A DNA stretch of 64,000 nucleotides from Zootoca vivipara (GCF_963506605.1 NC_083277.1:117428001-117492000), one strand, 5' to 3'; shown: positions 41,401-53,043, numbered from the stretch's first letter. Numbers and translations: made by a program. The notes: generated by a model from the letters alone, not told the origin.

Positions 41401-44400
41401 GTGGAGGAAGTAAAATAAAAAAATTCCTTCAGTAGCACCTTAAAGACCAACTAAGTTTTTATTTTGGTATGAGCTTTCGTGTGCATGCACACTTCTTCAG
41501 ATACAGTGAAATAGAAGTCCCCAGGCACTTATGTAGAGAAGGGGTGGGGATGGGGAGGGGAGGGGGGATCACTCAGAAGGGTGGTGGAAGTGGGTGATTG
41601 ACTGACTGATAGCTGTTGATGACCGAAAACGACTGCAAATTGTTTTGCATGAAAAAGCAAGGGTTGAGATGGCTGAAGATCGCTTATCATGTATAATGAG
41701 ATAAGAATCCGATATCTCTGTTCAAACCAGGTCCCTCCATGGTTTTGAGCTTGGTGATAAGTTGTAATTCAGCAACTTCTCTTTCCAGTCTATTTCTGAA
41801 ATTCTTTTGTAGTAAGACAGCTACTTTGAGATCTTGTATAGAATGTCCTGGAAGATTGAAGTGTTCTCCTACTGGTTTTTCTGTCTTCTGGTTCCTGATG
41901 TCAGATTTATGTCCATTTATCCTTTGGCGTAGGGTTTGGCCTGTTTGTCCAATATAGAGAGCTGAAGGGCACTGTTGGCATTTGATGGCATACACAATGT
42001 TAGAAGATGAGCAATTAAATAGTCCTGAGATGGTATGTTGGATGTTGTTGGGGCCAGTAATGATGTTGTCCGGGTGTATGTGGCAGCAAAGTTGGCATCT
42101 GGGTTTATTGCAGGCTCTGGTACCAGTGTCCATGTTAAGTCTGGTGGTTGTATTGTGGGTGAGGAGTTGTTTAAGATTGGGTGGCTGTCTGTAGGCAATG
42201 AAAGGTCTTCCTCGATAAAACCATATTGGTCAGTGGTAGTAGCAGTATTGATGTTTTCGCCCCAAAGCATTTGGAGTTATATCTATGCTGGCATCTAGAA
42301 AGGCCCCTTCTAACTTTCTCATTGCCCTCCTTTAGGACGTATATCAGTTCCAATCAACCTGAAGAAACTGGATGAATTTGATCCGTTTGCTGTTCCCACT
42401 ATAAGGTATGAATGGTCCAGCTTTGGGCACATGGAAAGTTGAAGTTCAGCACATGCTGCCACTTGTCTCTTGGAGCACAGAGCAGCAGCAGCAGTCTGTG
42501 TTAGCTTCACTGGGTAGTCTGGGGATAGCCACTATGGTGACTTCCGCATGCTCTTGGACTACAACTCCCATCAGCCCCAGCTGTTAGGAATGATGGCTGT
42601 TGTAGTCTAACAGCATCTGGAAGACACCATGTCATCTGCTCATCACATGGTTAGACCCTTAGGTCACTGGACAAGGAAGATTACAGCATCTTGCGTTAAC
42701 AGAGGCATCGCTGTCCCCTTAGCTTTTTTAACTGAGGGGGGGAAACTCCTGTTTCTTACTCCTAATTTCCTTTAATCCTCCTATCTCTGCAGCGACAACA
42801 CAGCACTCTCCATTATTTATATACTGTCGACAAGCAGGAAAAAAAATTGGTGCAGTTTTGAAACCGGTAGATGCAATCACTGAAGTTTTGAAAGGTTCAG
42901 TTCGCCACCTTGCTTCAAAATGGTAGCCAGTTATGTCCAAACATAAAGGAAAACCTGCTGCTCCTGCTGCTTGATCTCTAGAACCATTATGCAGGATTTG
43001 TTTACAAATAGTAGTAGTAGTAGTAGTTATTGTTACTACTACTAGTAGTAGTAGTTATTGTTACTATTGTTACTATTATTATTTTAACTGGTGTATCCAG
43101 TATATGACGCTAATGTTGTCAGCCAGTAATAATTTAGTGGGGAAGGTAAATGGCGTTTCTGTGCGCTGCTCTGGTTTTGCCAGAAGCGGCTTAGTCATGC
43201 TGGCCACATCACCCGGAAAAACTGTCTGCGGACAAACATCGGCTCCTTTGACCTATAAAGCGGGATGAGCACCGCACCCCCAGAGTTGTTCGTGACTGGA
43301 CTTAACTGCCAGGGGTCTTTTACCTTTACCTTTTTCCAGGTTTTGTGGGATTCCTGATGTTTCTGTTTTGTTTTAGCCGCCTCTGCCATGAGCTGGACAC
43401 AGTTAGCAATGACGAGGGGGATGCAAAAGAAAATGAAGGGGAGCCCGAAAACTCTCGCCGAAGCAGAGGTCCGTAGAAGGCCAGCATAAGACCTTGTGAA
43501 ATCTTCACCCACTTTCAAACATGAGATTGTAATAAGGCAATATTAAAATGTATACAGTGGAACCTCGGTTGTCTAACATAATCCGTTCTGGAAGACTTCT
43601 GAAACATTTGACAACTGAGGCGCAGTCGGCAATTTCAATGTTGAAAATGGAAAAACGCTGCAGAAGCCGTTTGACTTCCGAGGCATGTTTGAAAACGGAA
43701 GCGATTACTTCTGGGTTTTCGGCATTCGGGTTCTGAAACATTTGGCTTCCAAGACACTCGAAAACTGAGGTTCCACTGTATAATCACAACAACATGGCGA
43801 TTTTTAGAAGTTTTAATATGGTTTTTTAATTGTTTTTTAAAAATGTTTTAAGTACAGTCACTTACAGTCACTTGGTTGACGAACGACTTGCGAATTGAAC
43901 GTTTTGGTTCCCGAACCCCGCAAACCCAGAACTGATGTGTTCCGGTTTGCGAACGTTCTTTGGAACCCGAACGTCCGGCTCAGCTTTTGTGGCTTCCGGT
44001 TGGCTTCCGGAGCTTCCTACAACCAATCGGAAGCTGTGCCTTGGTTTCCAGATGTTTTGCAAGTCAAACGGACTTTCCGAACGGATTCCGTTCGACTTCC
44101 GAGGTACGACCGTACTGTATGTTGTTGGGTTTTTTTATACCATGTTGACTTAACATTTTCTGTTTCCTGCCTTGGACTTGGGAGAAAAGGCAGGATCCAA
44201 TATTGTGCTATGTTTCTTCAGTGCGAGCATTTTCACTTGCCAGAAAGGACAATCTCTCTCCCCCCCCCCATGCAATGTTCCAGAGTTCTGCCAAACCACC
44301 ACCCACTGAGCCACTAAGGAGGAGATTGGGGCGGGGGGACCCATCACATAAGCCGACAGGACCCTTTGTTTGATTCTCACCGAAAAGTAAAAAATAAATA

Positions 44401-47400
44401 ATGAGTGGAATCCAATGTAGCGCCATGGCAATCATTCTGTAAGCACAAAGATTTCTGCTTGCATGTGGAATGTTCTCCCCCTCTCCTCCCCCCGCACAAC
44501 CCCTAAATCTGTTGTAGGGGTTCCCCCAGGGACTTCAGGGTAAATGGGGGGGGGAGTCCCTTTGCACAAATATAATGTCTGTTATCCAAAAGGAAGAAAG
44601 GATATACAGCAGTTCTTACATAAGCCTGTAATGGGCTTAGCCTCAGAGTTACACGTCACACGCATTCAGGGCCAAATCCTGACACGTGCGTATTTATAGC
44701 CTGTTTGGCTAGAATGTGAGATTAGGAGACTAACTTTTTAACATGGAGGGGGACTGGCAAAGATGGGAAGAAATCTCACCCTGCCTTGCTGTACCTTCCA
44801 GAGCAGGGGTCATCAAACTTTTTCAGCAGGGGGCCGGTCCAGTGTCCCTCAGACCTTGGGGGGGGGGGCGGACTATATATTTTTGGGGGGGACATGAATT
44901 CCTATGCCCCATAAATAACCCAGAGATGCATTTTAAATAAAAGGACACATTCTACTCATGTAAAAACACGCTGATACCCAGACCGTCCGCGGGCCGGATT
45001 GAGAAGGCAATTGGGCCAGATCCGGCCCCCCCGGGCCTTTGTTTGCCTACCCATGTTCCAGAGCTCTGCTGCTTTAAGTCTTCTTTTCTCCCAGCTGGCT
45101 CAGAGCAGGCTGGGGAAAGTGTCTTAAAACAGCTCCATCTAGTGGAGAAAGCTGGTGTGTGTCCCTTACCTTCAGGAGCAGATGAGACACAGGATGTGTA
45201 CACACCGCACATTTAAAGCACACGCATGCACCTCAGCAACCAATTCTGGGGGCTGTACTTTGGTAAGGGTGCTAGGAATTCTAGCTCTCTGCAGGGTAAA
45301 CAACAGTTGGCAGGATTATCAAGTGTGTGTTCTTTAGGTGGATGGTGTCTATGCAGCCCCATCTTCCTGCTTTCTGTTGTGAAAGGGCTCTCCTGTGGTT
45401 GTTGGACTACATCTATAATCCCTGAGCATTGGCCGTGCCAACCCAGGGCTCCTGGGAGTAGGAATCCAATACTATCTGGAGGGCCACAGCTTCCCCAGCT
45501 GTGTGTTCGGATGATTTAGTTGAGCATGGAAAATGAACAGCCCGGCAACATACTTTGTTGTACGTTCTTCTGTTTGTAGATTACAAGAAAACCAGCCTGG
45601 CTCCATACGTGAAAGTCTTTGAGCAGTTCCTGGAGGAAATGGAAAAATCTCACAAAAAGGAACGTCTCAAGGCTAGCGGTAAGGGTTTGAGTCAGAATGA
45701 GAGGGTTGGCTTTGTGCTACCTGTGGTATTCCCAAACGTTTGTTACCCCTGTATGCAGTCAGTTTTACTGGGGACCCATAAACACACTTTAGAAGGGGTG
45801 TGTGTGTGTTTTACAGAACACCCTTGCTTTACAGAAGATATGTACTGCAGCTCTATTGCAATTTGCTTTGGTTATTCTCGTATGTCTTGATTTTTGGAGT
45901 TTGGCTTGTTTTGCTCTGTGACAGTGGCTACACCCCCCCCCATACATTTAAAGCACATACACACACACACCAAGAATCCTGGGATCTATAGATTGCCCCT
46001 CACAGTTTTTCCTGCTCGGCAGGGGGTTGGACTGGATGGCCCTTGTGGTCTCTTCCAACTCTATGCTTCTATGAATTCCCAGCACCCTTAACAAACTACA
46101 GAATCCAGGATTCTTTGGGAGGGTGCTTTACACGTATGGCATGTACACAGCCTTAGACTGAAGGCAGAACCACAGATAAGAAATGTGGGTCTGCCACCCC
46201 AAACAGCTGCACTAGCTATCTCATTACCGGATGTCAGGGGACCACCAGGGGTCAGTAGAGAGCCAGGCGGAGAGGTGCTAGGGCTCAGCAAAGAGCCCAG
46301 CGAGAGAGTGCAAGGGATCTGTGATGCTCAGAGTCCGAAGCATCAGCAGGACACGTCAGGCCAGAGCGACAAGCAGGCAGAGAGCGCGGTGGAGGGAGGG
46401 CTCTTGGACGCAAGAGACTGGGAGCATCGCCCTAGTGCAGGCACCCCCAAACTCGGCCCTCCAGCTGTTTTGGGACTACAACTCCCATCATCCCTAGCTA
46501 ATAGGACCAGTGGTCAGGAACATAGCTGCCAAGTATTCCCGTATTCCCCGGGAAACCCCCGTTTTTCCAGCCGTTCCCAGCTGGAAAAACTGATTTTTTT
46601 TGTTTTTCCCCGGTTTACTTACTGGCCGGGGGAGGCTCCTTCTGCGCATGTCTGGAGTCTCTGGACACGCGCAGAAGCGATTTCTGGCGCGGCGGCCATT
46701 TTGGAACTGGGCAGAGCAGCATCAAAAGTCGCTTCTGAGCATGCTCCGCCCAGTTCCAAAATGGCGGCAGCGCTACTTCCGGTCTGCCGATCCCTTATTT
46801 TTCCGGCAGGAACTTGGCAGGTATGGTCAGGGTTGATGGGAATTGTAGCCCCAAAACAGCTGGAGGGCCGAGTTTGGGGGTGCCTGCCCGAGTGGCTCAG
46901 GAGGGAAGGGAGATGTCGTAGCTCCGTCTCCTCAACTACGCAGAGGTTTGAAGCGCGAGGAGGAGTGGAGGAGATTAGCCCTTCCCAAGATATGTTTTTG
47001 GAGGCGGTCTCGCCGATCGCCACTTCCTGGATCTGACTCTGACTGAATGGACATGAGAACGTTAGCTCTGTCTTGTACATATGTATATAATAAAACTCTG
47101 TGAAAATACAGACGCAGAGTCCGGAGTTGTCACTTGTGGAAACCACAACCCGTGTCCTTGCACCACCACCCCCTAACGTGGTACAACTTCCGCTGCTGTC
47201 ATTACACTGGGCTTCTGTTTTCTGTAACTGGCTGCTTCTAGTGGAGGATGGAAACATAGCATAGTGATGTGAAGTTGGCAGGGAACATTGTATTACATGC
47301 TACAGAGCAGGGAACTCTGCACCGGGCTGCTTTGTTTAAGGGCCCCTCCAGACATGCCTTTTATAGCGTTGCCCGTACTATTTATACTGATCCCAAAAAA

Positions 47401-47846
47401 AGCCCCAGAAACAATGCCATCATTGCGTCAGTTTTCCAGTTTATGTCCCTCATCATCCCTGTTCTTTTTTAAACTTGCTGCCAAAAATCCAACAATATTC
47501 AAAACTCTGGAACCGTTGGGCAAAGACGTTGTGGTGTGGATGTTCATTCCGCTTTTCATGGTATGTGTGTGTGTGATCAATGATACGTTCCTCAACTTCT
47601 GTTTGGTGCCTTTTTCCTGCAGCCACCTAAGAGCTCTGTAACTTTTTTTAAAAAATGGGACATACCTTTTGTAAGTTGTTTTAAACTATTTTTAAAATTG
47701 TACAGTATTCCTGCCCTGGAGCCTTATGGTGAAGAGCCGAATAATAGCTATTGTTATGAATTTGTTACAGAACATGTTGGATAATACGTTCAAACTATGC
47801 CTTACCGGTATATTTTCTCTTTTTAGATATGCAAATGGATTTCTGA
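29350..47846 (+). CDS. PRIM1: DNA primase small (catalytic) subunit, 13 exons, 417 aa
   Basis: Exons 29350-29452, 31094-31251, 31644-31750, 33109-33182, 35282-35418, 36354-36412, 38358-38467, 39823-39914, 41042-41174, 42336-42405, 43377-43468, 45580-45678 and 47827-47846 total 1254 nt in frame. Motifs [21 protein letters not shown] zinc site, [30 protein letters not shown]. Confidence 0.96.
30205..30617 (-). mobile_element. L2 LINE 3' end
   Basis: [14 protein letters not shown]...[14 protein letters not shown]. Confidence 0.8.
31094..31251 (+). CDS. PRIM1: PRIM1 exon 2
   Basis: [13 protein letters not shown]...[13 protein letters not shown]; AG/GT boundaries. Confidence 0.95.
31644..31750 (+). 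CDS. PRIM1: PRIM1 exon 3
   Basis: [21 protein letters not shown]. Confidence 0.95.
33109..33182 (+). CDS. PRIM1: PRIM1 exon 4
   Basis: [24 protein letters not shown]. Confidence 0.95.
33555..33936. mobile_element. hAT MITE
   Basis: 8-bp TSD TTCTATCC; internal AAAGTTGTTGAGCTTT repeats. Confidence 0.82.
34472..35117 (+). mobile_element. Non-autonomous Helitron
   Basis: A|TC 5' end (TCCTATATAATAAAG), subterminal hairpin CCCGTTA-TTT-TAACGGG, CTAG|T 3' end, no TSD; flanks rejoin into an old SINE. Confidence 0.85.
35282..35418 (+). CDS. PRIM1: PRIM1 exon 5
   Basis: [23 protein letters not shown]...YLSLVK. Confidence 0.95.
35749..36108. mobile_element. hAT MITE, CpG-rich, with internal hairpin
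   Basis: CAGGGGTCCCC / GGGAACCCCTG TIRs; TSD CCATAAAG / CCATAAAA. Confidence 0.82.
36354..36412 (+). CDS. PRIM1: PRIM1 exon 6
   Basis: [19 protein letters not shown]. Confidence 0.92.
37665..37702 (-). ncRNA. Minimal hammerhead ribozyme motif (Penelope)
   Basis: Reverse complement GTAT-CTGAAGA-A-GTGTGCATGCACAC-GAAAGCTC-ATAC. Confidence 0.7.
38076..38113 (+). ncRNA. Minimal hammerhead ribozyme motif (Penelope), sense to the PRIM1 pre-mRNA
   Basis: GTAT-CTGAAGA-A-GTGT(CCATGC)ACAC-GAAAGCTC-ATAC. Confidence 0.65.
38358..38467 (+). CDS. PRIM1: PRIM1 exon 7 (followed by U12 AT donor)
   Basis: [36 protein letters not shown], then |ATATCCTTT. Confidence 0.92.
38468..39822 (+). other. PRIM1: U12-type (minor spliceosome) AT-AC intron, PRIM1 intron 7
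   Basis: 5' splice site ATATCCTTT at 38468, branch point TCCTTAAC at 39804-39811, terminal AC at 39821-39822. Splicing restores the frame (VPE-T-IRKEL). Confidence 0.93.
39823..39914 (+). CDS. PRIM1: PRIM1 exon 8
   Basis: [31 protein letters not shown]; donor |gtaagt. Confidence 0.9.
40074..40773. mobile_element. hAT element in the U12-adjacent intron 8, right TIR missing
   Basis: 8-bp TSD TTCTAAAG; left TIR CAGTGATGGGCAACC. Confidence 0.7.
41042..41174 (+). CDS. PRIM1: PRIM1 exon 9
   Basis: [33 protein letters not shown]. Confidence 0.92.
41408..42211 (-). mobile_element. Penelope-like retroelement, 5'-truncated, with GIY-YIG endonuclease end
   Basis: ORF ...[12 protein letters not shown]...CNKPRCQLC...NIVYAIKC...YIGQTG...RINGH...GLN (41687-42133) followed by the terminal repeat and hammerhead. 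Confidence 0.9.
41467..41504 (-). ncRNA. Minimal hammerhead ribozyme motif in a Penelope 3' end
   Basis: Same motif, downstream of the GIY-YIG ORF. Confidence 0.7.
42336..42405 (+). CDS. PRIM1: PRIM1 exon 10
   Basis: [23 protein letters not shown]. Confidence 0.94.
43139..43332 (+). mobile_element. Sauria SINE, 3' half
   Basis: Homology to the other copies; TACCTTTACCTT tail. Confidence 0.85.
43377..43468 (+). CDS. PRIM1: PRIM1 exon 11
   Basis: [30 protein letters not shown]. Confidence 0.9.
44804..45055. mobile_element. hAT MITE
   Basis: 8-bp TSD TTCCAGAG. Confidence 0.8.
45580..45678 (+). CDS. PRIM1: PRIM1 exon 12
   Basis: [33 protein letters not shown]. Confidence 0.94.
46232..47206 (+). 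mobile_element. Probable solo LTR (Gypsy-like) containing a hAT MITE (46438-46886) that itself contains a MITE (46521-46825)
   Basis: TGTCA...TTACA termini, AATAAA near 47089, degenerate TSD; inner elements have TIRs and near 8-bp TSDs. Confidence 0.5.
47827..47846 (+). CDS. PRIM1: PRIM1 exon 13 coding part (DMQMDF*)
   Basis: Long T-rich tract plus tag acceptor; resembles the mammalian DLQKDF* end. Confidence 0.85.
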
Positions 47847-49376
47847 AGTTTTTTTGACATTCGACATGCAGTAATGAGGACCCTTTCCACAGCCAGACAG
47901 CTGTGTTCATCTGCAGTGGAACGTAATTTTTAGCTGCCTTCTTAGATTCTTGCAGCAGCCAACCACTTTCATTTACAGAAGCAGACCAAAGTAATAATAA
48001 TACCCCCCCCCCCCAATCCAAGGGCTGGTGATTAGAATAGAATTAGGAGCTCCCAGTCTTGTAGGTGCCAGCAGCAGAATACAGAGCCCATGTGGCAAAA
48101 GGACCTGATGTAAATTACCCACATGATTAAAATTTAAACGTTCAGCAGTAGTGTTCAAATTCTGCCTAAGGTGGGAGCCTATTCAACATGATGTGTCTTT
48201 CACTGGTAGCAGAGAAAGGAAGAGTTTATATCACATACTAGCACAGAAAAAGGGTGTGGTTGTGGTGTTTCTCCTTGAGATGAACTTCAAAGTACAGGAA
48301 ACTCTGGTTGGTAGGAGAGGGAGGCTGGCTTGACTTGGTTACCAAGAATCAGATGTGCAGGACTCGGCAGAAAACATTGTGGCACGTTTATGGCAAAAGA
48401 GGCAACGGGCAACGTGCTAAGCAGCCCTGATTATCTCATTATCCTCTATTTTCCAGTACAGTTCTTGTGGGTTTTGTCCCCTGCCTCCATTTTTTTAATG
48501 CAGAAAAAATGCAGTATGCATTTGCTTTTGTGTAGGATGCCTCTTAGATTAACGTCCTGAGTTAATGAATGTAAGCTAGGTATTTTCTGTAAACATCTGG
48601 GCAGCTTTTCATTCTCAAGAGTTTGCATTTCGCCCCCAATAGAGGCACTAGAACAGACCTGCTCTGCTTGTGAACCACCAAGTTAAATGCCACCTGAAGG
48701 TCATGTGTTAAGGCATCGGTGGCTATTTCTCAGCCCAACAGCCTAATATGCCTTCAAGCCTTTTTTTTTCTGCCCCCCTCCCACTACCAAAGAGTCCGCT
48801 GGTTTTTATTAGCAGCAAAAAGAAAGCAATAGCTAAGTCGACGCAACACAGAAATTCTGCCAGGGCTACACAAACGTTTGGCGATACCCACTGAAACACA
48901 GCATAATCCTAGCCGTGTCTACTTGGAAGTATGCCCTATTGAATTCAGTGGGTCTTGCTCCCGGGTAAGTGATATTAGGTTTGCAGCCTAAATCAGTCTC
49001 TGAGTTGCAGGTATTATAATAAAGCAGCATAAGGTCTTAACGGTGCTCCAGAAGGAGTTATTGTGACAAAAGTATAGGGGGGAAGTCAGGAGAGGGTTAC
49101 AGGAAGTGTGCATAATGGTACCTCTGTAGTACCCAGAAAGCAGGCTGAGCAGCTTGGCTCCATGTATTTTATAGGCTGTGTACATTAATGTAAGCAACAT
49201 CTATGCTGTAACCAACAGTGCCTTCCCCACTTTCCTGTTGTTATCTTTTAATTCTGTGCAGGCTAAATGTTAAGACTGTTTATTTTATCATCTTAGAAGG
49301 AATTTGTTTCACGTTGTCCTTTTTGGTTTTCTTTGTATTTAAAGCTCCGTTGTCCTAAAATCTTTACATTTTCATA

Positions 49377-49382
49377 AATAAA
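49377..49382 (+). terminator. Candidate PRIM1 polyadenylation signal
   Basis: AATAAA after a U-rich 3' UTR stretch; an alternative AATAAA lies at 49018-49023. Confidence 0.4.
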
Positions 49383-49773
49383 TTTTTCAAAAAGAGCCAC
49401 AAAAGTTGTGAGCTTGCATACGGTCTGAAATGAGGGGAGAACCTGCTCTCTGCCAGTTTACATGCCTTTCCTCAGATGGTTGCAGAGACACAAGGGGTTG
49501 CTTCCAGATGCCCTTGCTCATTGAGCAATCACCCTGATTTGCTTGGAGAAAGTTTGCGGAGAGGTTAAATTGGCTTCTTATTGAGCATCAGTTCTGATTT
49601 CTCTGCATGGATAGCCACACCGTACATTAAAAGCACATCTAACACATGGCTAGTTCCCCCCCCCATGGAGTCACAATTCCCAGCCCCCTTAACATGGTGC
49701 CCTGGATTCTTTGGAGGGTGCCAAGTGCTTTAAATGTGTGCTGTGGATCTTTGTCAGGCAATTCTTACACCGC

Positions 49774-50190
49774 AAAGGTAAAGGGACCCCTGGCAGTTAA
49801 GTCCAGTCGCAAATGACACGGGTTGTGGCGCTCATCTTGCTTTACAGGCTGAGGGAGCTGGTGTTTGTCCGCTCCGCAGAAAGTTTTTCCGGGTCATGTG
49901 GCCAACATGACTAAGCCGCTTCTGGAGAAACCAGAGCAGCGCACGGAAATGCCATTTGCCTTCCCACCGGAGCGGTACCTATTAATCTGCTTGCACTTTT
50001 TGGCATGCTTTTGAACTGCTAGGTTGGCAGGAGCTGGGACTGAGCAGGAGCTGGGACTGAACTGCTAGGTTGGCAGGAGCTGGGACTGAGCAACAAAAGC
50101 TCACCCCGCCGTGGGGATTTGAACCGCCAGCCTTTTGATCAGCAAGCCCAAGAGGCTCAGTGGATTAGACCACAGCGTCACCAGCGCCCC
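49774..50190 (-). mobile_element. Sauria SINE with internal tandem duplication
   Basis: Reverse-complement homology; GCAGGAGCTGGGACTGA three times. Confidence 0.85.
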
Positions 50191-51308
50191 TCTTATCCCA
50201 TACTTCCGAGCATATTTTCCTACCATGTTCCTTACTGCAATAATAATAATAATAATATTTGGAGCAGGGTGGGTGGGCAGAAGCAGGTTAATGGTACAAG
50301 AGTATCAGATCCACTCTAATTATGTTGCCTGAATTTTCTGGTATGAGACTGAATTCTACCCACAAAACAGCAACAGCCTGGAAGTCCCCAGGGGGCTTCC
50401 CCACTAGGCGGTTAGTGTGGAATTGCCTCACTTGGGGTGCAGTCCCAACCCTGGCTGCTGCCCAAAAGTACTAAATGGAGTGGCAAGGCCACCACCTCAT
50501 GTGCTTTGAGGCAGCAACTGGGCCCAGTGAATGCCCCACATCAGGGCTTTTTGCCAGCAGCACTTCTACCTGCATGTTTCTGTGAAAATGCTGATGGGAG
50601 GGACACTAACATCCCTCCACAAGTAGAGGCCAGCAGGGTTGGGTGGAAGGATAGTGCCAATCACACACACAGAGAGAGAGAGAGAGTAGGGCAAAGAGTT
50701 TGGATTGCTCTTTCCTTTTTATAGGGCATATACACAGCAGCAGCAGCAGCAGCAGCACCAGCACCCATCAAAGTTGTCCTCCATTCCCCATGGCTATTTC
50801 TTTTCTCAGGCTTCAGTAAATCTGACCTCTTTTTTTGGTAGAAGTGGAACATCAGCACAGTCTGCAGGTGTGGTGAGCTCTTACTGTTATTCTTTTGTCT
50901 TTCTAAGGCAGAAGATACGAACATTCATTACAGCCTTTATAGTAGTTTTAAACTACAATTTCCCCCTTCTTGGTGCTGTCAGTATGTTTCCCGTTCATTT
51001 ATTACGTTGTACTCAAAAACTGTTTTGTATTGTTTTAATTAACAGTCAGCATACCGAAATCTTTACAAAACAAATGGGGGTTGTTATGGTTAAAATTGTG
51101 ATTGCACAAAAAACTATGCAATTGCAGAATTCTGCCATCTATTTTTCAGCTCTTGAAGTATATAAGCCTTGCCAGAAATCATGCTCAGCGCTATTCACCA
51201 TATATGTGGTAAGAATTCACCCCCTTTTGGTGCTGTGACATCTTTTATCCACACATATTGCCACAGGAGGCAAAAGTTAAGGTTTCATTCAGAAGCATTT
51301 AGTATTGA

Positions 51309-51360
51309 TTTTTTTCGTATACCCTTGACCGAAGAACGGTACACTCCTTCTATCTGGGAA
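51309..51360 (-). pseudogene. 7SK snRNA-derived fragment (3'-truncated retrocopy) running into the assembly gap
   Basis: Minus strand TTCCCAGATAGAAGGAGTGTACCGTTCTTCGGTCAAGGGTATACGA then an A run; resembles vertebrate 7SK nt ~156-197 (CCCCGATAGAGGAGGACCGGTCTTCGGTCAAGGGTATACGA). Confidence 0.75.
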
Positions 51361-51530
51361 NNNNNNNNNNNNNNNNNNNNNNNNNNNNNNNNNNNNNNNN
51401 NNNNNNNNNNNNNNNNNNNNNNNNNNNNNNNNNNNNNNNNNNNNNNNNNNNNNNNNNNNNNNNNNNNNNNNNNNNNNNNNNNNNNNNNNNNNNNNNNNNN
51501 NNNNNNNNNNNNNNNNNNNNNNNNNNNNNN
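51361..51530. other. Assembly gap (170 N)
   Basis: Run of N. Confidence 1.
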
Positions 51531-52390
51531 TATAAGAAACCGTGAAAGCCTACAAAGAACATGCAGGCTACAACAGCTGTCCTCGGCATACAAACATAGT
51601 CTGATGCCTTACACTGAGTCAGACCATAAATCCATCTAGCTCTGTTTTGCCTACTTTTCACTGGCAGGTTTCCCAGCTTTATTCTGGAGACCCCAGGGAG
51701 TGGACCTGGGCCCATCTGCAGGCAGGCCAGATGCTCTGCCACTGAGCTATGGTCCTTCGCCTTCAAGAAAACAAATCCCACAGATGTGGCTGTTCTTGCA
51801 GTGAAAACTAGAGTCACAGGGTACCATAAATCTAAAATGACACTGGGAATTGTGTTCTCAGTACAAAAAGTAACTGTTCCACTTCTGATGTTTATACTTT
51901 CCTTGCACTGCTAATTTATCACCCAAGGACTGCGAGTTGAGAAAGCATCACACCAACTTGGACGGAATATTGTATTCATGTGCTCCCATTTTCAGCTATA
52001 TCCTACTGTATTATTAGGGGTGTGGGGTTTTTTTAGTAAAACACACACACACGTTCTCCCTACTGCCCCAGACTACCTTTTCCTCTGTACTCCGGTATGT
52101 TATAAGGCTTTACCCCCCCCCCAGCCGGAACTTGCCAGAGCTCTGTTCTGGCACCTCTCAATTGGGCACCATTTCCATTCTAAGAGAACGAGGGAGGTGT
52201 TTGTGATAAGTTCCGACACCCCTTTTTCTAGAAAAATAGAACTGACTAGCTATATGCTTGCCTAACCACCCACTGTGGTCAACATTATACATCAAGTAGA
52301 CTCCTTTGGGGAAGAAAAGCAAGATATAAAGGTATGTATAGTCTGACAAATTGGACTCAGCCCCCCCCCAAAATTAAGCCACTATTTGTT

Positions 52391-52703
52391 TAGTCGTTTA
52401 GTCGTGTCCGACTCTTCGTGACCCCATGGACCATAGCACGCCAGGCACTCCTGTCTTGCACTGCCTCCCGCAGTTTGGTCAAACTCATGTTCGTAGCTTC
52501 GAGAACACTGTCCAACCATCTTGTCCTCTGTCGTCCCCTTCTCCTAGTGCCCTCAATCTTTCCCAACATCAGGGTCTTTTCCAAGGATTCTTCTCTTCTC
52601 ATGAGGTGGCCAAAGTATTGGAGCCTCAGCTTCACGATCTGTCCTTCCAGGGAGCACTCAGGGCTGATTTCCTTAAGAATGGATAGGTTTGATCTTCTAG
52701 CAG
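52391..52703 (-). mobile_element. RTE-BovB 3' end
   Basis: Same peptide; TSD GCCACTATTTGTT. Confidence 0.9.
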
Positions 52704-53043
52704 GCCACTATTTGTTAGCCTATAAATGTGCCACAACACACTTTTTTTCCTGCAGTGGGTTGATGTGGCTATCAGTCTGGAGATAACCCTCTCCAAGGTA
52801 AAGTACATGAGAGTTTGTGAAGACCAGTGACTTTGAGACTAAGCTAGAAATCTGACTTCCCCTGGTTTGAAACTTGCTTCTGCCCGGTACCGGCTTGCTA
52901 GATAGGCAAGCCACAACCTTGCCTCAAATTCCCACCATCAATATTGACCACTTTTCAAGGATTAACAAAAAACTACATTAACAAAACTACATGTTTTGAA
53001 CAGTATAAGTGCTGTGTCATTGCTAGTCCTTAGTATATATATA

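Noticed and set aside
46185-47036. 283-aa ORF in PRIM1 intron 12
   Set aside because: It runs across three nested repeats and has no recognisable domain; a chance GC-rich ORF
50705-51238. PolyQ-containing 177-aa ORF
   Set aside because: A short CAG microsatellite in intergenic DNA with no splice or domain support
51309-51560. Functional 7SK gene
   Set aside because: The 3' ~135 nt are missing and no convincing PSE/TATA spacing is visible beyond the gap
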